This document shows positions 1-15,329 of a stretch of 64,000 bases of DNA, one piece after another. The position numbers and the translations under genes are program-made. Within the stretch, counting starts at the first letter, position 1. Every line of letters starts with the position of its first letter. The DNA is from Schmidtea polychroa (lineage: Eukaryota): contig CM097885.1 in NCBI GenBank assembly GCA_044892525.1, forward strand, positions 45,324,001-45,388,000. The letters are read 5' to 3'. The notes under the pieces are model-generated. The model was not told the DNA's origin. It was given only the letters and a program-made list of their open reading frames with translations, and ran no database searches.

Positions 1-60
1 AAAAATTTGTTAATGGTTTTTTTGTTAAATATTAAAAAGAAACTAAAATTCTAAATTTTT

Positions 61-125
61 TAGCGCCCTTTCCGAGAGGCGCCCCGATGCTTTGCATCCA
101 CCGCTTCCAACTAAAGCCGGCCCTG
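61..125. mobile_element. Terminus of an hAT-type DNA transposon/MITE
   Basis: GC-rich GGCGCCC subterminal motifs ending GCCGGCCCTG (reverse complement CAGGGCCGGC), resembling other hAT ends here (8236, 62442). Confidence 0.55.
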
Positions 126-3100
126 CTCTTAGTAACTTCCAATTAAGCCCAGTGCTTATTAATAATGTTGCGAATATCAAACCCTTCCAGAATATTTAAT
201 ATATAATTATTTAAAAGTTCTAAAAGTCGGTTAAATAAAAATGTAATAAAATAACTAAAGAAAGCTGATCAAATCCTCTTCAACACTCACATCACTGGTA
301 AAAAATACCAATCGAAGATTAATTAACTAACAAACTATCACATATGGCTATTTGTCACACGTATTGCAGATATTGGAGTCATCCAATTTATTACCTAGTT
401 AGAAGGATGGTTGTGCAGAGAACTAGGATGTTGCCTGAGTCTCATCTATCCGATATTTGAAATTTTCAAGATCCCGCTGCTTCCATAGCCGATGGAAAGT
501 TTTTTAGTTTTTCTTTTATGTTGCACCCTAGGTAACTTTAGAACTGAGCACCTGACTTGGAACAATTTCATTGACTGATCTGATGAGGACTACAATATAT
601 TTCCCCGGGGAGGCTTCACAATATCATTATACTCTTGCTGGTTGGAGGTTGAGAAATTGATTGAATCTGATCAACTAGTTTTCCTCCAGCTGATACCATT
701 TTGCCTTCTAGCTTCTAACGTGAGTTGTAGGATTTCTGTGTCTTGATCAATGCTCCTGGTGGGTCACAAGTAGAGAAACAGTTTGTACATATTCTGTCAC
801 TAGCATCGTTCTTACATTTCCCCCTTCGCAGGTGCGCATAATTATTTATTTGACCACTAAACGCCCGTCGTGAACGACGTAGGTACTGCAATTTCTGGGT
901 TCACGGGTTTACCATAAAAGATACAGCCCCCTATTTTCTTTTGTTCCATCATCATACTTTATATTTATCTTAACCCTTTATTCTCGATTTTCATTTTAGA
1001 TCTCTGAGTCAAGCATTTTTAATTGATTTAAATCAAAAAGCACTGCGATTTAGCAATAAAGAATATTCGATTTTTTCGGTGATTAAATTAATGTTTAACT
1101 GAATGAAACCTGCTCTATTTAATTTTCAATCAATTTAATTTAATTTCCTTTGACATATATCATATCTTTTCATTTTCAGAATACAACTAAGTTCACTTTA
1201 TTCATATTAATTTCCATACTTATTGTCAATCCAATCCAGATACGTATATCTCAATAAACTGTCTTTCAAAACATAAAATTGAATAAATTGATGACATGAT
1301 ATATTTTAACCTTAAGTAAGCAAAAACAACAAAAAAATAAAGAGAACAAAATTAAATCTACACAATCAATGTTTAGTTTTCTCATCTCGCTCTACCTTCA
1401 TGTTTTGAGTCTTTCCCTTTCATACTTGCCCGGACGGGGCTTGATCCGCTTCTTTACTTCTGACGTTGATGCTGGCAGTCTCGTTACTAATGGTGCTAAT
1501 GCCGACCAGGTTAGAACCTTTCCTGCCTCCGTGTTGTGTGGAGGCCTGCTTGTAGCTCTGCGATTCTCTGCGCCTGTTTGAGGATTGTAATCTTAACGTC
1601 GCATTGCATTCCTTGTTCTTTCTCCCTGGCTTTTTCTAGACCTTCTATTTGATTGTGTAATTTCTTGATGAATTCCGGACGAAACCAGATTGATTCCATC
1701 CGTCTACATCGACACACTAATAAAATCAATCTTTCACATATTTCGTAAGTTATTGTGGGCTCCTGTGAATGTGTATAGATTAATTCGCTAACCGTCTAAC
1801 CACAATATCGGATCTGACCGCATCCTGTTTTTGCTCATACTATTTACTTTCATGTGCAAAATCAAATGTGTAGTTACAATAAACAATAAATTTATTTTAA
1901 TAATAAATAAAATATCCAAATCACAAAATAATTATAAGAAATTAAAATTTAAATCATCAGTTAAAAGAAATCAGAATGGAAAGAATTCATTTCAACTGAG
2001 TCACTCCGCGAGGATTTCCCCCGGGTATATGTACCCTTTTGAGTTCAGGTAGGTGATTCATATGTGTCCAACTCTACCGAGATTTTTGTGATGATTCTGT
2101 GCTGGTGCTCAGTGCGTCATTCTGAGCATCCGATAAACTGATGACCAACTTCAGGTAGGTGCTGTTGATTCTGCACCTATTCAGTATAAATGCTTTTTAA
2201 AAGTATTTTTTATTTTGTTTTCTTTATTTTTCCAATCTACTTTAATCTAATTAATTTTTTCCTTGATCTTTTATTCGTTATTTTCTCTATTTTTTATTTT
2301 TTCCGCTTTTCTTTTGTGCTGCTTTATTGGGTTATTTAAACAAATGGTTAATTTTTCAGTTATTTCTCAATACTCTGTTGCCACTGTTGTTCCATTTTCT
2401 ACTGAGCTCTTCTCCATTGCGAGCAAAGTTGACTCCAATTTTTAAAATCGTTGGCAGTAGCAAGTTCAATGTAGGCAAATAACGAACAAAATTTAAAATA
2501 AAGAATATCAAAAAAATTATTTTTAATACTTTTTTGTTAAGTATATAATTTTAATTTATAGATTACATTTATTATATTCAACACATTTTAAATTTAATGA
2601 AAGGTTACAAGTAGAAAACAAAAAGAAACCTGTATTAAATTCAAAAGGCAATTCAAAAATATGACTCTATTCAAATTAAAAAAAAATATAGTATCATTTT
2701 TGTAGTCTTGAAATTTTAAATTTGACATTCTCATTTAAACAATTCAATGATGTAATTTTAGCATTGCGACACACAAAAAGAAATACCCTTTCCTTTCCTT
2801 TTTCCTTCAGTAAATCTAAACTTATTTCTAAAATGCCTGTGTTTACGTAATGAAAATTATGATAAATTTTCAAACTATTTGTGAAGACAAGAATATTTTT
2901 GCAATATATATTTCTGATGAATAAATAAAAACAATGATGAGCAAATGTTTTATATCTGGGCGGTTTTCCTTAAGCCCAGCAAAGAGAAAACGTAGCTTTG
3001 AAGCTTCCCTGCGTCCACTCAGATGGAATACTAAACCGAACGTCTTCAGGGAAACCAGAGTAAATCCCTGGCAAGCGTTAAATAAAACCTTCAACTCATC

Positions 3101-3576
3101 GCCTGGAATCCTCTTTATTTTTAATAAATATAAAAGAAAAATTTTACTATTAACATTACATTGAAAAATTAAACTCTTTATATAGATTATTAAATCTGGA
3201 TTCCAATTATTCATTATCGGGATTCATTTTTCTCAAAAATATAATTTGTTTATCAAATAATTTCATAATACAGGATTGTATGATTTGGGAAGCAATTGGA
3301 GACTCGTATATTTTTTAGTTTAATTCCGAAAATTTATATCGATAATTAAAAAAAAATTATTAAAAATAATGAAAAGCAAAACTATTGGAATTTTCGAGTT
3401 TTTATTATCACTATGAAATAAAATTTATTAAAATTGAAAAATTCGGTTATCATTAAAATAAACAATTTTAAAATAAACAAATTAAACAATTTATATTTTT
3501 TCAATGATATTTATAACATTGAGTTTTTGTTTTGAATTCTTTCTTTTCTCATTTAATCAATCAATGACATTGATTT

Positions 3577-3601
3577 GCCAATCAAATCGGATTTTAATTG
3601 G
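3577..3601 (+). promoter_or_regulatory. Paired CCAAT boxes upstream of the protocadherin ATG
   Basis: GCCAATC and inverted ATTGG about 80-100 nt upstream of ATG 3681. Confidence 0.3.
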
Positions 3602-3680
3602 ACAACGAATTTCATTGGTTAATACTATTTATTATATTACACTTTTTTATCCAATTTCTAACAACTTCCAATTCAATAAA

Positions 3681-5657
3681 ATGGATTTTAATATTTATTT
3701 GAAAGTGTTATGTTTATTGGAGATTTTTCAATCAATAATTCAGGTTAATGGAATGAAAAATAAAGGACTATATTTTAAAATTGATGAAGAATCCCCAGCT
3801 AATATAGATATTGGATCTATTCAACAAACAAGTTGTGGTGGATCAATGGAAATGGTTCAGGGAAGTACAGTTAATTTTCATTTTGTCAGTGAAAATACGC
3901 AAATTCTATCTTATATCGTTATCAATCAATCAACGGGTCGAATAACTCTTCGCCGGCCAATTGATAGGGATTCTATGTGTGAAAAAATGAAACTTTGTTG
4001 CATGGAATTACATCAATCTTCCGAATGCATCATTCAATTAAAGGCTGTAGTGCAATTATTAGACAACCACAAAACACCTCTTACCCAGAAAGACTGTAAT
4101 GTTCTAATCGAAATCACCGATATTAATGATCACAGTCCTACATTTTTCTCGGATAAAGTAGTGATTAATATATCCGAGGCGGAATCAATAGATTCATCGC
4201 ATCCATTACCAATGGCTCATGATCCAGATTCATCAAAATTTTCAATTAATCGATATTATTTTCATGAAGCTTCAAGGTATTTTCGAATTGAATGCACTCA
4301 GGATAATTCTGGAAAGATTATCCCTCAACTTCGCATCAAATCTCGTTTAGATAGAGAAGAAATAAGTGAACATCAATTAACAGTAATAGCTGCTGATGCT
4401 GGTATCCCACCAAAAACAGGAAGTATAAATGTAATCATTAGAATTCTAGATGAAAACGACAATGCCCCTATTATTGAACAGCTCTCGCCAATTTCGATCA
4501 AAGAAGACACTCTTGTTGATCACCATATTACTAGAATAGAAGCAAAGGATAAGGATACTGGAGACAATGAACTGATTTCATTTTTCCTTAAAGAGCCGAA
4601 TGTACAAAATGATATGAATCATTTCAGAATTGATCAAATGAGTGGAGTTATTACATTGGCCCGTCAAATTGATTATGATTCAATCCAATCTCTACCACAA
4701 ATTGAACTGATAATAACCGTTCAAGATCATGGTAAGCCAAAACAGCTCTCAAGCACTGCAACATTAACCATAATTGTTCTTGATGTCAATGACGAAGTGC
4801 CGGTTATTTCTATAATTGATTTATTTAGTCGTCAGCCGGCTCGACCTGAAATTTTAGAAAACCTTCAATCAAATCAACTGGTTGTTTATGTCAACGTTCA
4901 CGATGCCGATCATGGATTGAACGGTCAGGTCAAATGTGATCTGATTGGCTATGAAGATGATTTCAGTTTGGAGAATATTGAATACAACAATGTCAAAGAT
5001 CAATTTGAATACAAAATTGTGACAAAAGTCAAACTGGATTGTGAAAAGGAATCCCTTTATAGATTGATAATACGATGTTCTGATTCCGGACATCCGAAGC
5101 AGACGGCTCAACAAGAATTAATTGTCAAAGTTATCGATGTTAACGATAACAGTCCGACATTTGGTCGATCAAGAATTGAACTGGAATTAGCAGAAAATGA
5201 ACCCCCTGGAACATTATTAACTACAATAAACGTAACTGATTTAGACGAAACTGACAAGGAAAATGGACGATTTGATTATACAATCAGTGAAAGTGGTCGC
5301 AAACTTTTCCGACTAGAACCAGTTGAAGGAAGAGGAAAATTGGAAAGTGCAAAACTAAGAATTTATTCCCTCACTAGTTTTGATAGAGAGAAAATTTCTA
5401 CAATTGAATTTGAATTGACTGTCAGTGATACTAATAGAAAATCCATTTCTGGGACTTGGAGATCATTATCTTCATCTTCAACAATAGTCGTCCATATTAA
5501 AGATAGAAATGATAACTCTCCAATATTCTCTAAAACCCAATATGAATTCACAATCACAGAAGAAAAACCTCAGAATCTTTTTGTCGGTTTATTGCAGGCC
5601 ACAGATGAAGATCAAGGGGACAATGGAAAAATCAGTTATAAAATTGATGATTTCTCG
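3681..5657 (+). CDS. Protocadherin exon 1 (signal peptide, EC1-EC5, start of EC6)
   Basis: ATG 3681 (MDFNIYLKVLCLLEIF, signal-like); repeated cadherin motifs DRE/DYD, A-x-D, DxNDxxP (DINDHSP, DENDNAP, DVNDEVP, DVNDNSP, DRNDNSP); donor TCG|GTAAAC at 5658; 659 codons, phase 0. The upstream 3504 start in the ORF track is probably 5' UTR. Confidence 0.95.
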
Positions 5658-5709
5658 GTAAACAATTAATTTCTTAATCCGAATTTCGAATTTATTAAAT
5701 TTTTATTAG

Positions 5710-5955
5710 TCGGATGTTCAGAATAGTTTCACTTTGGACTTCAACACAGGAACTTTGACAACGAAATCAAAAATTGATAGGGAAAAAATTTCAATTTTTG
5801 AATTTAAAGTCAAAGCTCGAGATCAGGGTCATCCTAGTAGATACAGCATGGCTAATGTAGTTGTCAAAGTTAGCGATATAAATGACAATGATCCAAAATT
5901 TATTTATCCAACAATCGAAAATCACACAGTTTCAGCATCTATTCAGAGCTCTGAG
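5710..5955 (+). CDS. Protocadherin exon 2 (rest of EC6, start of EC7)
   Basis: Acceptor TTTTATTAG| at 5709 after a 52-nt intron; in frame SDVQNSFTLDFNTG..IDRE..ARDQG..DINDNDP; donor GAG|GTATGT at 5956. Confidence 0.93.
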
Positions 5956-7490
5956 GTATGTAAATTATATGCAGCCTTAGCTAAAGGTTTTTATGGCGGT
6001 TACCCAAATTCAAAGACGCATATAGGCGGAGAAAATATATTTAAATGGATTTGATACAGATGTGACATCTTGCCAGTTACAATAATAAAAACAATTAAAA
6101 ACCTTTTATAACATAACATGTTTTGAAATTACGATTTTTTAAAATTCAGTTTACGAAATTTGTGAATTACTATTTACGTTTCAGTGATCCATTTCTTTTT
6201 GGGTGTTTTTGCTAGGGGCCCGCTGAAACAGCGAAGGATAGCAAAGTCGCCAAAAATTTCAGGCTAGGAGGAAATATTTAAAAAAAATATTTATTAAGTT
6301 ATTTGCATTAAAATGAATTTATTTAATTTTAATTTTAATTATATTTTGTAGGTTGAAACTATCATTAGTAAGGGTTTTTATTTTTGTACTCTTCTTATAT
6401 GTTTATTACTATTTATATATTTATTTGTGATTCCAGGTTTTTGTTCAAAACACTTATAATAAGTATATTTTGTATATCATTTGTTCTCAATGATACATTT
6501 TTAGGGTATGGGTATATAGCGCCACTTAACTTTCTGCATACAGGTGCCGAACACTATTGACGCCATCTTGTCCTCATTTTTCTTAAGATTTCACTTTTCA
6601 CGCTATTACTGCTTAGAAAAATGAAAATATGTTCTAAAGAGTAGTTTCATGTTGACTAATACCAACAAATTGAATCATACCATTTCACTTTGAAGTTTAT
6701 CATTTTATTAAAGAATAATTTAGGGTTGAATAAATACAGCAAACTCTCCGTATATGGTACAGTGTTTTATATGGTACTGTAAAACTAGCTACGAAGTTAC
6801 TTTAGGGATTTATAATTCCCACTCTCTAAATATAGCACACCACCCTATATAGCACTATCTTTTGTCTAGTGAGCAAATAAGATGAACCATATAAGGAGTG
6901 TTTATTGTAGTTCTTTAAATGGAAATAATAACTTAAAATTATTATACATTGCCATTTACTAAAGAAATCATTTATCATTTTAATTATTATATTCAGGACC
7001 AGCCCAAACAAAAATAGTTGTTTTAGTTTTACTATACGCATATATTAATATTACACTAGAAAAACTTTTATTAATATAATTAATATGTGGCTATTATGTG
7101 TGCTCTAATAAATATTATTCGTGCTCTAATATTACATGTGTTCTTAAATAAATGCTCTTAAATAATATAATAAAAATATCTTAAAAAATTAATTTAGGAA
7201 TAAGATTAATAATTTTAATTTATTTAAGCTTTCGATTATCTATTTTAGGATCTCATTTAATTACAATTATAGCTCATTTTAAACAACAGCTCTATTAAAA
7301 TAAATAAGTGATCTTTTAAATCTTTTTAGAGCACAACCTAGAATTTTTAGTTTCCAAAAGAAATATATTTTAGAGCATAACTAATATTACCCAATAATTA
7401 ATTAAATGTTTTAAAATTTAAATTATTATATAGTTATTAATGGCAATTTTTTTCAAAAACAAAATATCAAAATAATTTATTAATAACCGG

Positions 7491-8223
7491 CAGAGCCGTA
7501 GCTCGGGAAAATGGCGCCCGGGGCGAGATTGAAATTTGGCGCCCTTGGTGCTAAAATAATCCACCACTCCCATTAATTATGTACTTACAGGAATGAAATT
7601 GGTCTTGAAGAGTCAAATTAAGATGCAAACCTATACAATGCTTAACCAAACTTATATTATAACGAAAACCAATTAATTATAAATATTTATTATACATGTG
7701 TATATACATATATAGCTTCATCTCCCATATCAGCGGGTGGCCGAGTTTGCAAGAAATGAGTTGCCATGTTTCACAAAATTTCCCTTACTATGAAAAAATA
7801 ATTCTGATTCTTTTCTTAATATTGAATAGGATATTCTCCAATTTCTCTTTTTGATATATTGACTACTGTATCGGGCATATCGATATCTATAACCATTATC
7901 ATCAATTGTACTTCTTTCTTTCAAACGATTTTCAAGATCTTTCCAGACTAAGTAGCATTTTCTATGCTCAAAACTGTTTTCATGATCAGCCACCTTCGGA
8001 TTTAGTCACCCGTTTGCAAAAACCGTTAGATAGACCAGCAAAACAGTTTTGCTTTAGTTTAACTTTTGAAAACAGTAAACATGGAAAGCAGAATATAAAA
8101 ATTTAATATGAAAAAAAGAAAGAAAAGCAAAAAAAAATGAAATGATCATTTAACAGTTTTGGCGCCCTTCGACTCGGCGCCTGGGGCGGTCGTCCCATTC
8201 GCCACCCCATAGCTACGGCTTTG
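7491..8223 (-). mobile_element. Non-autonomous hAT element (TTF/ZMYM1-type transposase remnant)
   Basis: TIRs CAGAGCCGTAGCT / AGCTACGGCTTTG; exact 8-bp TSD ATAACCGG (7483-7490, 8224-8231); internal minus-strand HENSFEHRKCYLVWKDLENRL resembles the region HEKNKDHLINFQTWKELELRL of the 63167 transposase. Confidence 0.9.
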
Positions 8224-8715
8224 ATAACCGGCCCTGATTATATAAGAGGATATTAATTATTAATCAACATATTACTTAAATTTTTTATTTTCATTCAAAT
8301 TTTATTTTATAATAATTTGCTATTATTAAAATAATATAAAATATTATAAATAAATATTTAAAGTTTTTCTATAGCAACTTATTGTAAATATATTAAGTTT
8401 TCATTGCAAGTTTAATTCAAAAGAATTTTTGATGATAAAATAGTCCATTTCAATTTAATATGAATGTTATACATGATGTTATAATCATTCTACCTGAAAT
8501 ATTTTTCGCCTTTAACTTTGTTTTTCATTCTTTTTTCCAAATAAAAATGTCTCAACACATTAAAAATTGTCAAAAATCATATTAATCAATTCTTCAATAT
8601 ATATATTTATTGATCTAATATTCGAAGGATCCAAGAAATTTATCTTGCTCAAATAGAACTAATAAATATTCAAAGTACCTGTTGCAAATCATATTCATTA
8701 AATGCGTAACAAGCT

Positions 8716-8716
<1 letters not shown>

Positions 8717-8814
<98 letters not shown>

Positions 8815-8815
8815 G
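8717..8815. repeat. (TAA)n followed directly by (TTA)n microsatellite
   Basis: Direct reading. Confidence 0.95.
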
Positions 8816-11799
8816 TTATTGTTAATAATAATAAATTAAAAAAATAAAAATATAAAATATCTTCATAAATTATTTATTGTATCTTATCCAAATTACTATT
8901 GTATATAAAAATTTTTGGAAAATTTAATTTCAATTATGCAGCATTACATGTTTATAATATGTTGATTGAATTATTTTCCCCCTGAAAGGCATCCTGAAAA
9001 CTCAGCCTTTAATTCAGCTTCAGAAAGAATTCGCAGACATCCTTCCGTAACATAAAAATCAAATTCCATTTGAAATTAATGTTTCAGTCAAAATATATTT
9101 TAGTATTTAAAATTTTTTGCAATTTGTTTAGTGAAATTCTATCAGTTTCCTAGAAATCTAAGCAATATTAACTTAATTAGAATTATTAGAAATAATTTTC
9201 TTTGAATTTTCAATTGTTAATTTTTAAGTAGATTTATAAAATAATAATGACCATATTTATTTAAAACTGATGGACAGCTTGATTCGCATATGGTGTTTGC
9301 AGCTTGCATATACTATCTCAATCATCTTAAATCTTTAATTCTTAGAAATTTTGTTCATGTCATAATATATTTTTTGAATGACATTTTAATATTATTTATC
9401 AAATTTATTAAAAATATTTTTTCCCTTTCAAATGAGATATTATTATTAATTTTAATTAATATATATTTACAAAATAATTATTTTATAATTAAAAGAAATA
9501 TTTCAAATTTTATCGAATAATATACTAGCTAGAAATGTCGGTCAGACGTTTCCATTTATTTATTAGTTTAACACATGTTTTGTTAGGTTTAATTTGAAAT
9601 TCACGCAATAACGAATTATAATTACTTAATTATAATTCATTATTTTTTAATGAGTAAGTGACTACTACTTAATTTTAATGGATTTTTTTCAATTCATTTC
9701 AAACTTTCTGGCGCATAAATTTGATATTCACGCTATCAATAATTGAAAAGTATGAAGTATAAAATTATTTGATAAATTTATATATTTTAAAAGTAATTTT
9801 AATATTTTTAGTTTGTTATAATAAAGTAAACTTTTTATCTTACAAATTTTAAAATATTTTCTATGTATTTTATAAAACAGATGATTTTGCCTCACTTTTG
9901 AACAACCAACAGAACTCAGTCTTGTGCGCATGAGATTGTGATTGGAAGGTGAAATTCCGTCATAACTGGGTAGCACTGAGGACTTAATTGCCATTGGTAT
10001 TTCTTACAAAGCATTGACGAAATGAGTTAATTCACTTTTAATGCAGAAGGAAATGATAAAAATATATAATTTAATACGTTTTAATTTAATTAATATGTAA
10101 TTTCTCCAAATGTTAAAATATTTCCTGATATTTTGATTCTTCAACAGTTGAAACTCCACATTTCAAATAATAACTTTAAAGTTTCCACTGAATCTTAATT
10201 CATTACCATTGTGATAACTTCTTTTAGAACTAGGATGATAAGCTGGAAGTTCACTGACTTTACCATTACTAATGACTTTGTCTTACAGAAAGCAGGTAGG
10301 CCATATTTTTATATTTCTCCATTACAATACTTCAAGGATTGAAGATAAAAAAATACTTTAAGTCATTTTATAATTTGTTATTGTGTGATGGTGATATTTA
10401 AGTTATGAAAAGTCTGTAAATTCAAATTATAAGCGGTCTATAGCATTTCTTGAATATGGTGCAAATACTTATCCACTTTCAACAACATCTTTCTTATAAC
10501 ATAAAATTTAATTCTTGCTCCCTTTTAAATTTCAAAGACACTAGAACTCGATGTTGCCATTGACATAAATGAGGCATCAAATAACAATTAAAACATTCCA
10601 AAGCTCAAAACCATTATAACATTTATATTGACAACTTGAAATATTTAAATTATTAAGTTGAAGACGATTTTATTAATAACACATTGATAATTTGTTTACT
10701 ACTTATAAATTAATCATCAGTAGTACTGTAAATAAAAATAATCTGAAAAATGTTTTTAAATAAAATATTATTAATAAAAAAATTAAAACTTTTTAATAAT
10801 GCGAAATAATTAATTTCTATGAATTAAAAAAACTATCAGAAAATATATAATTCTAGCGAAAAAAAAACTGAATTAGAAAGTTTTATTGATTTAATAGTTG
10901 CGATTGTTTATCTTTGAGAAGATATGAGGATGTTTTGACAGAAGTTTTAGACAAATAATTCGTGATATTCATTCATTTTATTATGAATTCTCAATTTCAG
11001 TTTAGGCTTTAATTTGGTTCTGGGTTCTACAGAGGTAGGAAGCTTGTCAAATCGGCAACAATTGAAAAGGGAATATAAACATAAATATTGAATTGAAAAA
11101 TATTAAATTTAAAAACAACCAACTGTGCTTATTTATCAAATAGTTTGTTTACTTTTCCCTACATGTTGAAAAAAGTAAAAAATATTTTTACATTTGAAAT
11201 GCAGTGAAATATTAACTTTCGAAATAATTAATAATAATTATCGTTATTTATATTTTTTATAATAATAATTATTATTATTATTATTTGTTATTATTATAAT
11301 TATTCTTTTTTTATTATTAGAACTGCTTTGACTACTATTAAAGTAATTTTGTCGAAATCTACTAAATATCTACTCTAAATTTTACATTTTCACCAAAACA
11401 AAAAATGCATTATTTGTAACTTGGTATTTATCATGTAAAATAATTTACATGCTTTTATTTAAAATTAAAATGAAATTTTTTCATTTTAAAGATATTTAAT
11501 AAACAATTTTTTGCTTCTAACAACAAATATATTCGTTAGCATAAATTATGCACAATTTTATTTCAGTTATATCAATATATCCCTGAAAATTTAGTTATTT
11601 TGTTGAAAAAAAATTTAATAACAGGATAAATATAAACAAATATTGATGTTTAAATATTGCATGCTCTTTAAGAAATAAAATTGCTCAGTTTAATTGGGAG
11701 GTAGAATTTGTATAAAGTCTTCAAAAAAATAATAAATTTAATTTTTTAAATGTAAAAAATGCATTTCATGGAATAAAAATTAATAAATTTTCTTTTAAG

Positions 11800-11982
11800 A
11801 ATACATTGATCATGAAAGTAAACGCCCTTGATTATGACGAAGCTGGTAAAAATCAAATTACATATTCAATTGAAGGTGGAGATCCATATGGACTATTTCA
11901 AATAGATTCGACTGTCGGTGGAATTAGTTTCGCTAAAAAAACCAAACCGACAGATGCTAGATCATATTTTTTATTAATAAAA
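11800..11982 (+). CDS. Protocadherin exon 3 (EC7)
   Basis: Acceptor TCTTTTAAG| at 11799; NTLIMKVNALDYDEAGKNQITYSIEGGDPYGLFQID; donor AAA|GTAAAT at 11983; phase 0 at both ends. Confidence 0.9.
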
Positions 11983-12029
11983 GTAAATTTTATTACAATT
12001 ATTTTTATTAATTATTCACATTTTTATAG

Positions 12030-12527
12030 GTTACTGATAATGATCATCCATCTCGATCCGCTCAAATCACAATCCATGTGAAAGTCGAAGAGTCTCGACA
12101 ACAATATTATAATACTGATTATAAAACTGGCAAAGAAAATGGACAGGCTGAAGATACCCCTTGGTCTGAGTATTCAAACAATAGTAAAATGGTTCTCAAT
12201 CGTAATATTTTATTAATCATATGCTTGATTATCATTTCGGCCGCTTTGGCTGGGGTTCTTTTAATGCTTATAATGTGTTTAAAGCGACGACCGTCTCAAA
12301 CTGTAAGGAAATCTGATTTACCTGAAAGCGTGTCGAGAAAGCAAATGACGACAAATCCAAATAGTTATTCGATTTATTTTGATTCCGGTAAAAAACCAAT
12401 GTTCGGCACGATGAAAACGAACTCCAATCATGACAGCAATATGTCTTTGAATTACAGATTGGTTCCAGCAGAAAAATATCAAGATTTAATTTCTGATCCG
12501 AATCAAGGAGCCTATTCTGGACTAGCA
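12030..12527 (+). CDS. Protocadherin exon 4 (end of EC7, transmembrane helix, proximal cytoplasmic tail)
   Basis: 47-nt intron ending TTTTTATAG|; [46 protein letters not shown] then KRR; probable donor GCA|GTATGA at 12528. Confidence 0.9.
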
Positions 12528-12535
12528 GTATGATT

Positions 12536-12680
<145 letters not shown>

Positions 12681-14867
12681 TTCACCTCTGATTTCTTTTC
12701 AAGTGATTTGTATATTTAGCAAAATTACGAAATTTTAAAAAAAATTTTAACGATATATAGCACCCTATTGTACATGAGCAACGCAAGTTTCCTCCTTTAT
12801 GACATATGAAGTAAATAAAATTTCCAGTGGAATTTTAAGTTTTAAAGTACATAAAACTCACATTCAGGAACATATATTCTGTTGACTTGTTTTGTGAAGT
12901 TTTATGTCAATCACATTTCAATTTTGTTTTGAGCTTTAACCATATCAAGTAGGCATGTTTTTAGTTTTTATTATTTGCTATTAAACATATATATTGTTTC
13001 GATATGCCTTTGATTACCAAAATTTTACTGTATTTTTTGGCACGGTCCTTACATTGTTATGCGTGTATATGTGCAACATAGTCACAAAATTAAGTGAGGT
13101 CCCTAAAAATTATAAAATAAGTTCTTCTCATATAATTTAACTGATCAGCCTAAATCGGTTGTGAAATTATTCTTCCACACCCAGAAGTCATCTTAAGTCA
13201 AGCAGGGTTAAACCAGAATTCATAAGTTTTAACAATGTAGGCACGAACTCTATATTTATATTTTTATGTTTTTCTACAAAGACCATCTCGTTTGACTAAT
13301 AATTATTTACAATTATATAAATGTTGCGTTTTATTAATTCAAGTTGGTAACCTCTGATTCCAAATGTCACTTTAATTAAAAATCACTGCTAACAAACTAC
13401 CCAACGTATATTTGAGTCACAAAAATATATTTCTCTCGACACAAATTAATCAATAACCAAAATTTTATGTGTTTGACCGATTCTCCGCCCGGTGTTGATG
13501 CCTTGATTTAATTCTTTTCCACTTTTTACGTATCTCCTGGTTCTGTATTTTCTTTTCCCTAAACTTCCTAATTCGTCTTTTCCCTTTTCCTACACTTATT
13601 TTCTTCGAATTCCTAGCTGAGGCTAAATGCCGGTTTGCTATGATTTTCACATTCCTTATATACTCTTCGAAATCGGGATGACAAATGATTATTGCCGAGC
13701 CAATCTCTTTCTTGACATTCGACTCCACATATCTGCTTCGGCTGTCACCCAGAGTGGTCCGACGAACAAATATAATTGATAATTGATGATGATTAATTAA
13801 TTTCTGCATGCACTATCTTTTTCTTGGTCTTCTCCCATTAATTATTGTGGCAAGATAATGGGACTAAATTTTCCTTCTGATTATTTTTCTCTTTGATTAC
13901 CCAACTCGGGATTTCTTTCTACTAGCTAATTAATTAATTAATTTCATTTTCTTGTTTTCATCTTTTACGCACCTTTTCGCCCTCTTACTAGCACTTTCTG
14001 AAAATTCCGTTATCACCATGTTATTCCTCGCTACCAGTTCCACCAATGACCAATTTTCCAGACTTTAATTCCAATTTATGAATCTTTTATTGATTTTCCA
14101 CAATTCACATTTTTGTGCTTTTCACATATACTAATGTACCTTCTCGAGCCTTTCTGCCCATTTTATTTCTTTACCTCGTCACTTCTCACCTTGACCAGTC
14201 TTGTACCTCTCTCATTGCAATTATAATTTTTATTTTTAATTATTTTATATGTAGTATATGCAGTATGATATAAAGAAATTTCTTTTTCAGAAATTTTTAT
14301 TATAATTGCCTTTTGCAAAATTTTGTCTAAAATAAAATATAAAACAAACCAAAAAATCAGAGTCATTTGACAAAATTAGAAGTTTGAAGATTTGCATTCC
14401 TGAGTTGGATTAATTTAATTTGTTATATGAGCCCCAATAGCAATATAAAACATTTCAAAATGTATTTTTTAGCAAATCTTGACCAGACTCACAGGTTCAC
14501 AAATATAGTAAATTCTTTTGTACTTTTAAGACTTTTAAATACATTTATTATTCCTTCATTCATTATTTAATTAATAAAATCAAATCAAAAAATTTAAATT
14601 GCTTTAATTTAATGTTTCTTACATAGTTAATTTATTTAATTAAGTAATTTTATTAACTAAAAGATACTTTTAAAATTTTTAAAAAACTCACAGAACTCGA
14701 GCTCAATATAGAGCCTATTGAAGCTCTAATTAATTAATAAAACTAAGAAACTTATTACAATCTTAAAATTTCGATTAGAAATTACGTTTATGTAAAGAAA
14801 AGATTTATATATATTATTTCAGAAATATTTAAAACTTGTCCACTCTGATTTCTTAATTTTTCAATAC

Positions 14868-15329
<462 letters not shown>

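Noticed and set aside
300..2460. Purine-rich minus-strand coding-like relic (similar relics at ~13480-14220 and ~26500-27180)
   Set aside because: Probably old retroelement gag remnants, but no diagnostic motif or boundary could be read.
3504..3680. 59-aa N-terminal extension of the protocadherin
   Set aside because: AT-rich, overlaps CCAAT boxes; ATG 3681 gives a normal signal peptide directly before EC1.
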